A DNA stretch of 64,000 bases from the human T2T-CHM13v2.0 reference genome, Homo sapiens. The notes beneath the pieces are model-generated. The model made no database searches. It was not told where the DNA came from and saw nothing but the letters and a program-made list of their open reading frames with translations. The position numbers and the translations under genes were made by a program. Positions 16,980 through 30,920 of the stretch are shown here, piece after piece. How positions within the stretch are numbered: position 1 is the first letter of the stretch; every line of letters begins with the position of its first letter. The stretch lies in NCBI RefSeq assembly GCF_009914755.1, contig NC_060942.1; one strand, 5' to 3'.

Positions 16980-17720
16980 TGTATTCATTTATTTAGCTAA
17001 TCGCTCAGCTATTCATTTGTTTTTCATTTATTCATTTATTTTGGAGAATCAAAGGCAAAGAAGTCATTGTCAGGGACTGGCAGTCTAGTGCATATTCACA
17101 TATAGCTAGAAACAAGATACCTCAAAATATACGTAGATTACACACTGGGAACTATGCAGCCCAGAAAGGAGAGACATTCCTTCAGGTTGGGGTGTAGGAA
17201 GCTGAGTTTGAGCTGGATCTTGGTGTCTGAATGGGATTTCAACCAGTGGAGATGAAGAAAAGAGCAATTCAGAGATGAAATAATACATTTCGAGGCATGA
17301 GGAAAAAATAGCATGTTCTTTAAGGACAAGTACACATAGTTTGCTTTTATTAGTTTAGAGTATATGTAGGGAAGATAAAACTGAAAAACTTCTAAAGATT
17401 TAGAAACTTAGAAAAAAACTTACAAAGTAAAGTCACCGACTAAGTTTTCCAGGTTTTGTTCTCCCTTATCTCTAGGTAAGGGAGAATAATTACAGGATTT
17501 TACAGCATTTTATTAAGCAGCAGCAATAACAACAATTAAAACAGGAACTTGAGTTTTAGATCTGCTTTCAGAATGCCACTGCTAGTTCATTGTTCATGAG
17601 GTCATTGAATCAGCAATATTGAGAAAGATGATGTGATCCAGGACGCGATCATCCTTGAGATGGTGAAATGGGAGTAGACAAAATCACCAAGGGAGAGAAC
17701 ATATAGAAAGAGAAGACTAG
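16980..17720 (-). mobile_element. L2 fragment
   Basis: tattcatttatt repeats followed by gtctagtg...agctgagtttg L2 body motifs. Confidence 0.55.
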
Positions 17721-18554
17721 AGGACTCAGACCAAAACCATTTCTGAATGGGGAGTGGGGAAAAAGGAGGAAGAAGTATTAAGAGAGCAAGAATTCTACAA
17801 AATCAGGATGCTAAAGAAAGGGACTTTCAAAAGGGGGGATTTTAGTCCCGTCCTGCATTATATTTTACATGTTTTGGGCTTATCTGTTTTCCTTTTAAAA
17901 TAAAAATATGTTTCTATATTGTTAGGGCAACAGTTGTTATTGTTACTTTAACAGTGTTCAACACTGTGCTGAAGGTACTGCTAAGGACATTGTTAGGCAT
18001 TTAATAATACTTGCTTATTGATTAATTTTTATAATATCCAAATAATGATAAAAAATCTCACTTATTACATTTATAATGAGCAGTTCTAGGTGCATTACAT
18101 GGATCATTTATTTAATCCCCACAATGAGCAAATGAGGTAATGTTCATTATTTCAATGAAGGTAGAATAAAAACCTAAAAGAATAAAAACCTAAAAGATTC
18201 TTCACCCTGAAGAATCTTGAAATTCACTTTGAATTTTAAAACTGTGAGTTGAAACTCTTTATCTCCCTTATTTTAAAAAATATTTTCCAAGTACATGCTG
18301 TGTGAAAAGCGTTATATTAGGTATTTGGGGGGTGCCCAGGGGAGGCTGGGAAGGCATGCCTGTTATCCACATTGTTAGAAAAGTTTTATTCTCTTTACCT
18401 TAACCCTTAACAACCTTCTCTAGAAAGAAAAAAGCTCAGATTTCACCCCCAACAAGTTTATTAGATAGACCATTTGAAAAATTATAATTGGATATTTCCT
18501 AATTTCGAAACTTTAGATTTAAGGTTGCTAGTTAAAAATCTTAATTCATAGTTT

Positions 18555-19255
18555 TTAAAAAACAGAAAATAATAACAAGTGTTGGTGATGATGTGGAGAA
18601 ACTGGAAACTTGTGCAGTCTCATTATTGGTAGAAATGTAAAATGGTGCAGCTGCTGTGGAAAACGATATGGAGATTCCTCAAGTAATTAAAATAGAAAAA
18701 CCATATATGATCCAGCATTTCCACTTCTGGGTATACACACAAAATAATTGCGAGTAGCGTCTCAAAGAGGTATTTTTACACCCATGTTTATAGCTACATT
18801 ATTTATAATGGCCAAAAGGAGGAAGCAACTCAGTGTTCCTTCATGAATAAATGAACAAAATGTGGTATATACATAACAACGAAATATTATTCTGTCTCAA
18901 AAAGGAAGGCAGGTCTGACATATGGCACAACATGGATGAATTTTGAGGCCATTATGCTAAGTGAAATAAGCCAGTCACAAAAAAAGACACACACTGTATT
19001 ATTTCATTTATATGAAGTACCTAGAATAGTCAAATTCATAGAGACAGAAAGTAGAACAGTTACTGCCAGGGAATAGGAGGAGGGGAGAATCGGAAATTGT
19101 TGTTTAATGGATATAGAGTTTCAGTTTAACAAGATGAAAATAGTTTTGGAAATTGGCTCCACAATTGTGTGAACGTACTTAATGCTACTGAAATGTACAT
19201 TTAAAAATGATTACATTGGTAAATTTTATGTATATTTTACCACAGTTTAAAAACA
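18555..19255 (+). mobile_element. Old L1 3' end (L1MB/L1MA9-like)
   Basis: aataacaagtgttggtgatgatgtggagaaactggaa...gtcaaattcatagagacagaaagtagaa...ccacagtttaaaaa. Confidence 0.85.
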
Positions 19256-19277
19256 AGTAAAACAATTTAACTCAGTT

Positions 19278-19570
19278 TTTTTAAGTTTGTTTTTAATTAT
19301 TATGGGTACATAATAAGTTTATATATTTATGGGGTGCATGTGATGTTTTGATACAGGCACATAATGTAATAATCAAATCAGAGTAATTGAGGTATCCATC
19401 ACCACAAATATTTATCATTTCCTTGTGTTAGAGAAAAGATTTTAATTCCACTGTTTTAGTTATTTAAAAATACACAATAAATTATTGTTAACTGTAGTCA
19501 CCCTTTGTGCAATCAAATACTAGATCTTACTCATTTTATCTAACTATATTTTCATGCCCATTAACTGTCC
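19278..19570 (-). mobile_element. L1MA-type 3' end
   Basis: tatgggtacataataagtttatatatttatggggtgcatgtgatgttttgatacaggc; flanks ttaactcagtt / ttaattcagtt resemble a TSD. Confidence 0.85.
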
Positions 19571-21037
19571 CACTTAATTCAGTTATTCTATATAAAGTAT
19601 AAATCTATTTTATTATCAGTTTTTCATAGCCTTTGAACACTGTGTATCCTAATACACAGAAAACCCCACTTATGTTGTGCAGCTTTGGCTGTGTATATGG
19701 TACACATACGGATTCAAAACTCAAAGAAGGAATTGGCCATGAACAAAAGATAAAGTGAATAAGTGTTTACATCCCCACGACTAACAATGTGCTTAACTAT
19801 TCAAAATGGGAACTTCTTAGAAAACTTTAATTTAGGTTGCCTGATAAAAAGCCTATTTTTGACTTGAAATGAAGAACAATTAATTTTACTAAAGGCTTCA
19901 GTAGTGATGATAATACAGGACCTGATTATACTTTATAATGACACCAGATAAGGTAATTTTTAAAATGTTTTATTGGATCTATGAAAGGATCATTGTGTGA
20001 CCTGCATTAAAAAAAAATCTACTCTCCAAAGAATTATCTGTGGTTAGGCTATGATTATTAGGTCAAGTTATGTGTTTGAAGTTGATTAATCCCTTTCTTG
20101 AGATGATTGCCGTAACTCTTACTGTTTACAATTAATCCCTTCTGTAATCTGGCCCTGAGTTATTTTGATGGTAAATCTGAGGATCCATGCAGTATTCATT
20201 TCCCATATACAGACACATAATGGTGGGCAATAGTCTTGCCATTATCTATGGATTAATTCAAATTTGATAGAATTATCTCTCTCCAGAGATAGATTATGAA
20301 AGACTTTTAAGGGAACAGATTTCCATACTAACTTTAAACTTAATCAGCTATTTCATAATTATTCCAGGACTGCTACAAGGAATCCCATGGCTTCTTATTA
20401 TTCATAGCAGCAAGAAAAAAAATGTATGCAACCTTTCTTCATTTTAGGAGGTGGCAAAAGGTCTCAGAGATTACCCTTCACATGCTAATATTTCACAAAT
20501 CTATTATTTTGGTGGATTGGTAAAGGAAAAGTAACTTTCAAGAGTCTTCAGTATTCTTTTCTTATCCTCAAAAGCATCTTTCATGTAACTAAAATTCTTT
20601 CAGTGCTTCTGTAGTTATTGAAAGAGCTTTCATTCATAATGTTACACTAGGGAAAATATTGAGTTTTTGCCATTTGAAATGGAAATGTAAAATAGAGTTT
20701 ACTGTTTCCACTGCGTTGTTTTATCCCTTCAACTGTGGTTAAACAACAACTGGACTTTAGAAAGATTTCTGAGAAATCACTGGCCACCATAAAGGACCGT
20801 ATATCCTGTTTTGCTTCCTTCCTATCTTGATTTTACTTTCTACTTGCTAATAATTTATATATTAAAATAATATCTTCTAAGAATTAAATTATTACGTACA
20901 ACATGTATTACTCTCCCTATGTTTATGTTTCTATCAAATTACATGCTGCATTTTTGCTTGAAGTAGGTAAAATATTTAATTGCATAGGCATATATGACGT
21001 CAATTAGAAATATTTTTCAGTTTTTACTCCGGAGGTG

Positions 21038-21405
21038 TGCTATGGTCTGAATGTGTCTCCCTAAATTAGTATTTTGAAACTTAATCACCAATGTGCTAGT
21101 ATTAAGAGGTGGGCTGAGGTGAGGTGATAACATCCTAAGGGCTCCTCCCTCCTGTATGGGATTACTGCCGTATAAGAAAGGCTTCACCCTGCATTCACCC
21201 CATTTTGCCCTTCCCTCTTTCACCATGTGAGGATGCTGCTGAGAGAAAACACCATGGATGGAAGGGGCCCACATCAGACGTCAAACCTGCTGGTGCCTTG
21301 ATCTTGAACTTCCTGGCTTTGAGAACTGTGACAAATACATTTCTGTCCTTTATAAATTACCCAGTCTTGGGTATTTTGTTACAGCAGCACAAATGGACTA
21401 AGACT
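21038..21405 (+). mobile_element. MaLR solo LTR (MSTC/MSTD-like)
   Basis: Starts tgctatggtctgaatgtgtc; ends cagcacaaatggactaagact. Confidence 0.85.
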
Positions 21406-22049
21406 ACCTAATTCGTGAAGACATGGGAAGATTTATTTTTGTTTTCAGCTGTGCACTACAAGGTGCTTCTATCGCTTTACCTCTCAGTACTGTAAGCCTA
21501 TAGAAATCAAAGATTGTCTTTCCCTGTTACATGTATTTTATGAAAACTCCACGGGTTATTCTGATGTACAATCTGATTGAAGAACTAGTGTGCTAGGAAT
21601 GTATCCCCACAATATTCCTGAGAGAAGGAGAGCATGTGGCTAGTGCTTGTCCAGCAGAAGGGTTCGTGTGTTCACAGCAGGCAGTGCTAATTGACTGTGG
21701 GTTTTCTCCAGATTAGTCTTTAGCGATCATCTCTAGAAGTTACCATATTGGCACAAAAGTTGGAACTCATTTGTCATCCTTGGCCTAAAATGTCCTCTAT
21801 TTGCACAGCAATTACAATCTGTAACTTCAGTTGGACAAATCTATTCCATGTGTTGCTATAAAGTAATATCAAGTGATATCACAGTATTTCAACAAGTTCA
21901 TTTTTCAATGAATAAAAATAATTGAAACTGATGCTTTTTTCTTTTTCTAAAATAATTTTCCTTTTATTGTCAGTAATTCAGGCTCCCACTCAGAAAATCC
22001 TTTGTGAGTCAAATTTGATAATACTTCTTTTTTAGTTTCTCTACCTAAA

Positions 22050-22215
22050 GAGAATAATATTGTCTAGTGATTAAGCACATAAACTCTTGTCATAGTGTCT
22101 GAATTCAAGCCCTAACTCTCCCACTTACTCTGTGACCTTAGAAAGTTACAGAACTTTTCTGTCACCTCAGTTTTCCTTTAGTAAATAAGTATGTAAGAGT
22201 TGTGAAAAATAAATG
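22050..22215 (+). mobile_element. MIR
   Basis: gaattcaagccctaactctcccacttactctgtgacctta...cctcagttttccttt. Confidence 0.7.
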
Positions 22216-22694
22216 TATGAGAAAAATTAATAATACATTATTATTAATAATAATATGGGAGACTCACAACTGTTGTGGGCTTAGTAGAATTTACCTAGTT
22301 GTTATTTGTAGCAGAATTTATAACTATTGTTTTGTATTTCCTTTTCTCAAAGTGATCTTTTCTGGCAGTAGAAACTTCAGAAATTTCTTTTTGGTTTTAG
22401 ATACAAGTTTTTAAGCACTTTGGGAGTTGTTTATCACTGTTTAAATATGTGTGCAGCTCTGTCTATGAAAAGATGAATATTACTTGGTTTTGAAACCTAG
22501 ACTATCTCTGGATGGTTTTACTTTTATTCATCCCTCTGTTCTTTATCCATCCACTCATCCAATAGATATTTAATGAGTGCCTTCCACAGGCTTTGCACTG
22601 GTGAAATAAAGATAAACAAGACACATTATCTGCTTTTGATGATCTCTATGGTGGGACCAGTGAGAGACAGAGAGGTAAACGGGCAATTACAATA

Positions 22695-25083
22695 CAGGCA
22701 TAACTCACAGATACTGCAAGTTCAGTTCCAGACCAGTGCAATAAAGCAAGTATCTCAATGAAAGAAGCTGCACAAATTTTTCATTTCCCAGAGCATATAA
22801 AAGTAATGTTTACATTATACTGTAGTCTATTAAGTGTGCAGTAGCATCATGTCTAAAAACAATATACATATTCTTTAATTAAAAAATGCTTTCTTGCTAA
22901 AAATTGCTAACGATCATCTGAGCCTTCAGTAAGTAGTAGTCTTTGCTGGTGGAGGGCCTTGTCTTGATGTTGAAGCCTGCTGACTGATCAAGATGGCGGC
23001 TGCTGACGTTTGGGGTGGTGGTGGCAATTCCTTAAAATAAGACAACAATAAAGTTTGCCGCATCAACTGACTCTTCCTTTTACAAAAAAATGTCCATGTA
23101 GCCTGCAATGCTGTTTGATAGTATTTACCTACAGTGGAGCTTCTTTCAAAATTGAAGTCACCCTCTGAAATCCTGCTGATGCTTTATCAACTAAGTTTAT
23201 GTAATAGTCTACACTCTTTGTTGTCATTTCAGCAACGTCATTTCAGCATTTTCAGCATCTTTACGAGAAGTAGATTCTAGCTCAAGAAACCACTTTCTTT
23301 GCTCACCCATAAAAACTAATTCTTTATCCTTTCAAGTTTATCATGAATTTGCAGCAATTCAGTCACATTTTTAGGCTCTACTTTGAAATATAATTCTCTT
23401 GCTATTTCTACCACATCTGCAGTTGCTTCCTCCACTGAAGTCTCAAACTTCTCAGTCATCCATGAGGGCTGGAATCAACTTCTTCAAAACTCATGTTCAT
23501 GTTGGTACTTTTACCTCCTCCCATGAATCATGAATGCTTTTAATGGTATACAGAAAGGTAAATATTTTCCAAAAGATTTTAAATTTACTTTGCCCAGAGA
23601 AATCACTGTCTATGGCAGCTGTCACTTTACAAATTTTATTTTTTAATCAGTAAGACTCAAACGTTGAAATAACTCCTTGATCCATCAGCTGTAGAATGGA
23701 TGTCATGTTAGCAGGCATGAAAACTACATTAATCTCCTTGCACATGTCCATCAGAGCTCGCAGGTGACTAGGTGCATTGTTAATGAGCAGTAATATTTTG
23801 AAAGGAATCTTTTTTTCTGAGCAGTAGGTCTCGACCATGGCTTAAAATATTCAGTAAACCATGCTTTAAGCAGATGTGCTGCCATTCAGGCTTTGTTGTT
23901 CCATTTATAGAGTACAGGCAGAGTATATTTATCATAATTTTTAATAGCCTGAATGTTTTAAGGATTTTTGGAATGATAAATGAGCACTGGCTTCAACTTA
24001 AAGTCATCAGATGCACTAGTCCTTAACAAGAGAGTCAGCCTGTCCTCTGAAGCTTTGAAACCAGGCATGACTTCTCCTCTTTATCCATGAAAGTCCTATC
24101 TGGCATCTTCTTCCAATAGAAGACTGTTTTGTCTACATTGAAAATCTGTTGTATAGCGGGCCACCTTCCTCGATTATCTTAGTCAGATCTTCTGGATAAG
24201 TTGCTGAAACTTGTACACCAGCACTTGCTGCTTCATTCTGCACTTCTATGTTCTAGAGACAGCTTCTTTCCTTAAACTTCATGAACCAACCTCTGCTAAT
24301 TTCCTCACCTCTCTCAGCTTTCATAGACTTGAAGAGAGTTTGAGCCTTGCTCTGGATTAGGCTTTGGCTTAAGGCTTAGGCTTTGTGGCTGGTTTAATCT
24401 TAGGCTTTGTGGCTGATTTGATCTTCTCTCCAGACCACTCAAACTTTCTCCCTATCAACAATAAGGCTGCTTTACTTTCTTATCATCCAAGTAGTCACTT
24501 TTAAGTTCCTTCAAATCTTTTACTGTCAACTTAAAGCTGGGCTAACTCTTTCATGTAAGAGGCCTATCTCAGCTTTCAACATGCTAAGCTTAATCATAGA
24601 AATGCTTTTGACTGGAAGTGAGAAATGTGTGACTCTTCCTTTCACTTGAACACTTAGAGGCCATCGTTGTGTTATTAAGTAACCTCGTTTCAATATTGTT
24701 GTGGCTCAGAGAATAGGGAGGCCTAAGGAGAGGGAGAAAGATGGAAAAAAGGCAAGTCGTTGGAGGTATCAGAACACACACAACATGTATTGATTAAGTT
24801 CACTGTCTTATATGGGGACTGTTCATGGTGCCACAAAACAATTACAGTAGTAACATCAAAGATTACTGATCACAGATAACCATAACAGATATAATAATAA
24901 AAGTTTAAAATACTGCTAGAATTATCAAAATGTGTCACAGAGACACTAATTGAGCACATGCTATTGGAAAAGTGGCACCAACAGACTTCCTCCATTCAGG
25001 GTTGTCAAAAACCTTTAATTTGTAAAAAGTTTAACATCTGTGAAACACAATAAATCAAAATGCAATAAAATAAGGTATGCCTG
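22695..25083 (-). mobile_element. Tigger1 DNA transposon (TcMar), near full length, transposase degraded
   Basis: TIRs caggcataactc (22695) and aaggtatgcctg (25083); TA TSD on both sides; 2389 bp; transposase DDE fragment in ORF 23647..23838 ([12 protein letters not shown]...[23 protein letters not shown]); inserted into an L2. Confidence 0.95.
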
Positions 25084-25120
25084 TACTGAGTATTAAGCAT
25101 TATGATGTGAAAATGCTTGG

Positions 25121-25402
25121 GCCTGTAATCTCAGCACTTTGGGAGGTCAAGGCAGGTGGATCACAAGGTCAGGAGTTCAAGACCAGCCTGGCCAATATGG
25201 TGAAACCCCGTTTCTACTAAAAATACAAAAAATTAGCCAGGCATGGTGGTGGGCTCCTGTAATCCCAGCTACTCAGGAGGCGGAGGCAGGAGAATCGCTT
25301 GAACCCAGGAGGCGGAGGTTGCAGTGAGCCGAGATTGAGCCATTGCGCTCCAACCCTCCAACCAGGGCGACAGTGTGAGACTCCGTCTCAAAAAAAAAAA
25401 AA
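25121..25402 (+). mobile_element. AluS (Sg-like), ~20 bp 5'-truncated
   Basis: gcctgtaatctcagc...ggatcacaaggtcaggagttc...; poly-A ends 25402. Confidence 0.9.
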
Positions 25403-27390
25403 GGAGCGCAAAGGGTGAGTTTCAATGCCTTGGGCATCACAGAAGGCATTCAGCTTTTCTAGTATTGACCAATTTATTTAAAAGACATTGTATTCTAGTT
25501 GACCTCAGCCAAAGAGTTACTTCAGATAAATGCATTCATGCCTTATAGAAAACACTCAGGGCAAACCTGGCTTCTTTGAAAGCTGGAAGACAGAAGCTTA
25601 TTTTTCAATCTCATGGCTATTTTATTTTGGGGAGCCGCAGAATGCACTGATTACGGCTATTTTGCTGCATCTTAGTCCCATTTGGAAAAGGGTGTTGGTC
25701 TATTTTATATAGCTGAGCCGAATAAATCCTAGTACTTACCCCTGTAATTTATTGCATGTGAAGCTAGCCTGTGCCCTGGATCACAAAAGAAATGCACCAG
25801 GGAAAGTTTCCGTCTCACTTTTATTTAGGAAATAAATCACTCTTTCAGCACAAAACACATAAAAAGCTGACAAATTTAGTCTAAGCATTAATAATTATTT
25901 TTAAGTCCCATAAATCCTAGGTTACTTTATAGTATGGCCATAGGAATCCTCTTTTTAAAAAAAGATATTTTATTTTTGTCCAGTAAAATGGGTCGTTAGT
26001 TATATAGAGTCTTTATAGTTTTGAATTTAAAAAGCTGTGTGTTTTTATAGTGCTAGTTTGCTTGCTAATTCAAAATATTAAGATCATTCTGCTCTGACTT
26101 TTTTTTAATTCAATGTGTCCGGAAACAAGAAACCATATTATCACTGGGAATTTATAGGATACTTAAATCCAATTTAAAAGAAAGAAAGAAAGAAAGAAAA
26201 TGAATGAAAACACTGCAAAACTACTGAAAACTATTGCTCCTGGAACATTCAGCTTTGATATTAAATTTAGTACCAATGTAGACATTGCCACAAGCACAAG
26301 CGTACACCAACTGAGTGGGTTAATCATGAGAAGGCTTGCCAACTTCAATCCCAATTGTTGGTTTTATTTTTCAATCTCTAAAGAAATGTTCTTGGACCAC
26401 TTAAATAATGAGGAACTAAGCAACACACTCATTTCTTATGCTGTGAACCAGAAACCGAAAGGTCAAATGTGCTTTGGGAATGCAATCATTAAAACACATA
26501 AGCGTGGCGGCATGGATAGGAGGAGCCATTTTGTATGGAATAGTTGAAATTTCTTCATTATTTTTGAAGACCACCAATAAAGCCTTCTAATGAAACCTTT
26601 TCAAAATGCTCCATGACTGTAACTCAGTCTTGATGAAACAAACAGTGAAAGCAGAAGGTGAAGTGCTCCATCTAGAGTACAAAGGAACTAAGTTTAAAAA
26701 CACTGGGAGAGTTCCTCTAGGAACTGGCTCTCTCAAAATTACCCCTCATATGAGAAACAGATAGTATGAGATGAAACATTATTCTCATTGCTTGCAAAAA
26801 TAAATTGCTTCTCAACTTGTTCTGTTTCTCACATTTATCAACCTAAACATAACATTGAGATAATTTAGGCGATCCCTTAGATTGATTAAATAAATTGATA
26901 GGTCACCTGAAAATACCAAAGTAGTCAATGTGGCATCAGATTTTTAATTATGGCTTAACACAATATATCCAAAATATTCTTTATCTTCCATTATTTATGT
27001 AGCATTGATTGGATTTCAAATATTGAATATAGTAGCATCCCCTATATTTGTCCTCTGGAAGGTTATGCTCATAGTAAAGTGTTTCCATTTTGTTAATATT
27101 ATGTCACTATTCCATTATGTTGATATTTTTCTTTCTTTTCCAGGCAATAATAGGGGAATCATCATTTATCCCAAAGCTAATAATGAAGTGGAGCTTCAGA
27201 GTCATTTACTTTCAATGGAGTGTCATTGTAGTGACCATGGACATTTATGAAGTCTTGCTAAATAAAAGTTGAGTTGAGGACCCTTTTATGGGATGTATTT
27301 AGGTGATTCACAGACTCTCATAGTAACAGCCCTACCCTCAGATATGTAGCAGAAGATACCCCGCAGCAGAAGTATTTGGGTAACAGAGGA

Positions 27391-27934
27391 TGTGGTGGTC
27401 AATTTTCAGTGTCAGCTTTACTGGATTAAGGATTACCTGGAGAACTGGTAAAGAATTATTTCTGGGTATATCTGTGAGGGCATTTCCAGAGGGGATTGAA
27501 GTGTGAGTCAGTGGACTGAGTGGGGAAGATATGCCCTAAATGTAGGAAGGCACTATTCAATCAGCTAGGGGCCTTGATAGAATAAAAAGGTGATTTTTCT
27601 CTCTTTTTTTGGAGCTGGGGTATACTTTTCTCTTATTCTTGGACATCAGAACTGCAGGCTCTCTGGCTTTTGGACTCCAGGACTTACACAAGTGACCCCT
27701 GGGCTCTCTTGCCTTGAACTGAATTTACACCATTGGCTTCACAGTTCCTGAGGGCTTTGGACTTGGACTGAGCCATGCTACCAGCTTCCCTGGGTCTCTA
27801 GCTTGCAGATGGCCTGTCCTGACACTTCGCAGCCTCCATAATCACATAAGCCAATTCTCCTAATAAATTCTCTCTCATCTCTCTCTGTATATATCCTGTT
27901 GGTTCTGTCTCTCTGGAGAACCCTGATGAATACA
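27391..27934 (+). mobile_element. ERVL solo LTR (MLT2B/C-like)
   Basis: TG...CA ends (tgtggtggtcaatttt ... ggagaaccctgatgaataca); perfect 5-bp TSD gagga at 27386-27390 and 27935-27939. Confidence 0.9.
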
Positions 27935-28029
27935 GAGGAGAAACAAGGTTTAAAATGAGCTGAAGCAAAAGCAGATTACCCATGAAAAAATCTTCCAAAT
28001 CTTACAGTATATCTATATCTATATCTGAT

Positions 28030-28440
28030 TTGAAAAAAAGTGTATATATGATATTTATTAGAATTTGTTCCAAATTTGATGACAATCACAAAAGTTTACA
28101 TCAAAAGTACCAAAAACAAATTTGAATCTGGAAGAAACATTTCCAAATGATCAATAATTTAAAAAAATTCATTACTCATGTTAGAGGAAAAACAATCTAT
28201 TAACAAATCAATGTTGTATAAAAAGGTGATCAAAGAGCATGTAGCCAAAAAATGTGAGAAATAAAAACATGAAAGAAGTATAGTAGGTCATTAATTTATA
28301 AAATGTTGTATTGTTGTTTTTGTGGAATGTTTATTTGTTGACTTTTAGAAATTTATACTTTCTTGTGCATTTTTCTTATTCTAAGTAACATTAGCTTCCT
28401 AATTTTGTATTCTTTTTCTTAAGGAGACACCCAAGCCATC
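28030..28440 (+). mobile_element. hAT (Tip100/Zaphod-like) transposase 3' remnant
   Basis: gaagaaacatttccaaatgatcaataatt...atgttagaggaaa resembles the hAT dimerisation-domain motif ERxFSKLxIIKxxxRSTMxEE. Confidence 0.5.
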
Positions 28441-28936
28441 TGCCCTATCAGTAATTCCTATAACGTCTGGAAACAGTTTACAATGAGTGGAATATTCATG
28501 CTTCTAGTTTATTTTCCTCTTTTTAAATTGGAGCTAATTTTTAGTGATTTCTTTCTTTATTGTATTATTTCAGAAAATGAGGCCTCAGATTCTCCAGAAA
28601 TCAATTTAGCTGTTTGTTAATAGATACACTAAGAAGAAAAGCCATGAAAGCAAAAGTCTTCTAAACTTGTTTACCCCAGATTTCCTCCCCCACTAAGTAA
28701 AGAACTAGATTCCTTTTCTCTAAGTCTGGTCCAGGATTTTAGGAAGACTACTTCTGGTAGGACTATAACTGATAACTAGAGATTCTGATTGAAAACAGCT
28801 TAATACTGAAAACAAAAAGATTCTTAAATGTTTAATTTTTTTAGTCTTGCATCATTTATTATAATTTGGGAAGTAGCTATAGCATTATCCCGACTTCTGA
28901 AATTTGACTGGTAGTCTCTTTTGTAAGAGGTTGCAA

Positions 28937-29081
<145 letters not shown>

Positions 29082-30864
29082 TAAGAATATATGATGCGAT
29101 ATTCAGCAATCAGGAACGGAAGTAACAAATGGAATTACTTTGTAGGAATACAATGGGTTGGGAAATATTTAATTTTTTTTAAGAAAACCTCTAAAATATT
29201 TTTTCACAAACCAAAACCTTCTATGAGCTCTATTTCCTCTTTGTGCAATAGCTGGGAGCTGTGTTCAACCTGGAATTCTAGAAGGGCATAGTAAGTGCTA
29301 TATTTCATCAACATAAATAATTAACTGGAGAAGGACATGAAATATTCATAGCTGAAAATTATTGAAGTAGACTGCAGAGGGGGAGGAAATATCTAAAAAC
29401 TGAAGAAAAATGAATCATTTAGTTAATATTCAACTTATGGCATTTTATTTATTTATTTATAATTAATTAATGCCTACTCCTTTTGGGCCAATGACAAGTG
29501 TTGGGTGTACTAGGCTAAAGCACAATTGGACCATATTAGATTTATGATTTGAAACTATAAGGGATTTGATGTTTTGTGTGTATTCTGGCAGAAGGTATGC
29601 ATCAGGAGTAGGAGAAGAGGGAGTCTCTGTTTTGCTTTTTCACTTTAAGCCCATTCCAATAATAAGGCAACTGCTATTTTGGGAGTACTAGCAATTGTTC
29701 AATTTAGTGTCACAGACTGCAAATGATTTATGCTATTGGAGGTTTTCACTTTTGTGGGAAGGGATTATAGTGATGGGTTCTAGAAAACCTATTGAATAAA
29801 TAAATATTCCCTGGCAGATGTTGCTTTTCTGCCCCCAGCCAATACTAATTGCAAAGCACAGAGCTTAGGGGTTGCCTGTGGTGATATTAATTAACATCAT
29901 GAAACTTCGTGTATGGGTGTCAGTGAGGTGATAAACAACTGCTATTTACATGATGTAAAGTGGCTGAAAATGGGTCAAAAGAACTGCGATATCATTTCTC
30001 TTGACAGACACTGGGCATCTATTTATAGATGTTCTTATTTGTGTGAGAGAAAAAGGGATATTTTTTTCCCCTCTTAAAAAAAGGTGGTCATTTAGAAAGC
30101 AAAAGATACACTGCTTTTAAGTCCAGAAGCCTCATTAGGATTTCTGAGGAAATGAAAAGTGGTTTGATGGGAGACTGAACTAAACCTACCAGGTGTAGAA
30201 TTTTAGTGCTAAACCGCTCATCTCATTGATGAGGTGATTTCAGGGCACACTCTAAAGATGCATTGTTGAGTGTGTGGCCCCAAGAACAATGAGGTACAAA
30301 TTAGCTATGTCCAATCGCTCAGAAAACTTATCATCAACGGACTCTCTGACATGACCTTCTTGCCTTCTTTCCTTTTAGCTCACAAAGTAATAGGATTGAG
30401 GCACAGAATGAGAAGCTTAGGGATCTGACACCAATTTCTCAAGAGGAAAAATGGGGCATTTTTAAACAGGAATAAAAGATGGTAGTTTAAAATCATATTT
30501 GCTGTAGATATCAGCTATATTTTAAAGCATTTAAAAGTGAACTAGTTTAACTCTTTAAACTCTTCCAAAACCCCCAGACATTTGCATATGAGCTGTTTCT
30601 TTATCACAATGCTCTCTTTATTCTTTGTTATTATGGATGCATGTTAGTCACAATAGAATCTATAAACTTCAATTAGCCATGATACTACACCCTACATGAA
30701 ATTTACAATGCAGTGTACATGTGATGAACAACCTAGGGAATAATTTGGCCATTCCTGGAAATAGCAGTTTGTAGGCATATGCAATGTTGTTTTATGCATT
30801 AAGTTTACATTTTAGTAGAGTAACAACTTATGCATTGGAATCATCAGAGAATGAATTCGCCAGA

Positions 30865-30866
<2 letters not shown>

Positions 30867-30915
<49 letters not shown>

Positions 30916-30920
30916 TTTTT
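30867..30920. repeat. (AT)~16 followed by a poly-T run of ~22
   Basis: Read directly from sequence. Confidence 0.95.

Noticed and set aside
23647-23838. Domesticated Tigger transposase (TIGD-like) gene
   Set aside because: Only a 63-aa open fragment with the catalytic DN motif altered (INNAPSH); the rest is broken
26200-26547. 115-aa ORF in unique sequence
   Set aside because: No recognisable domain or convincing splice signals; length compatible with chance
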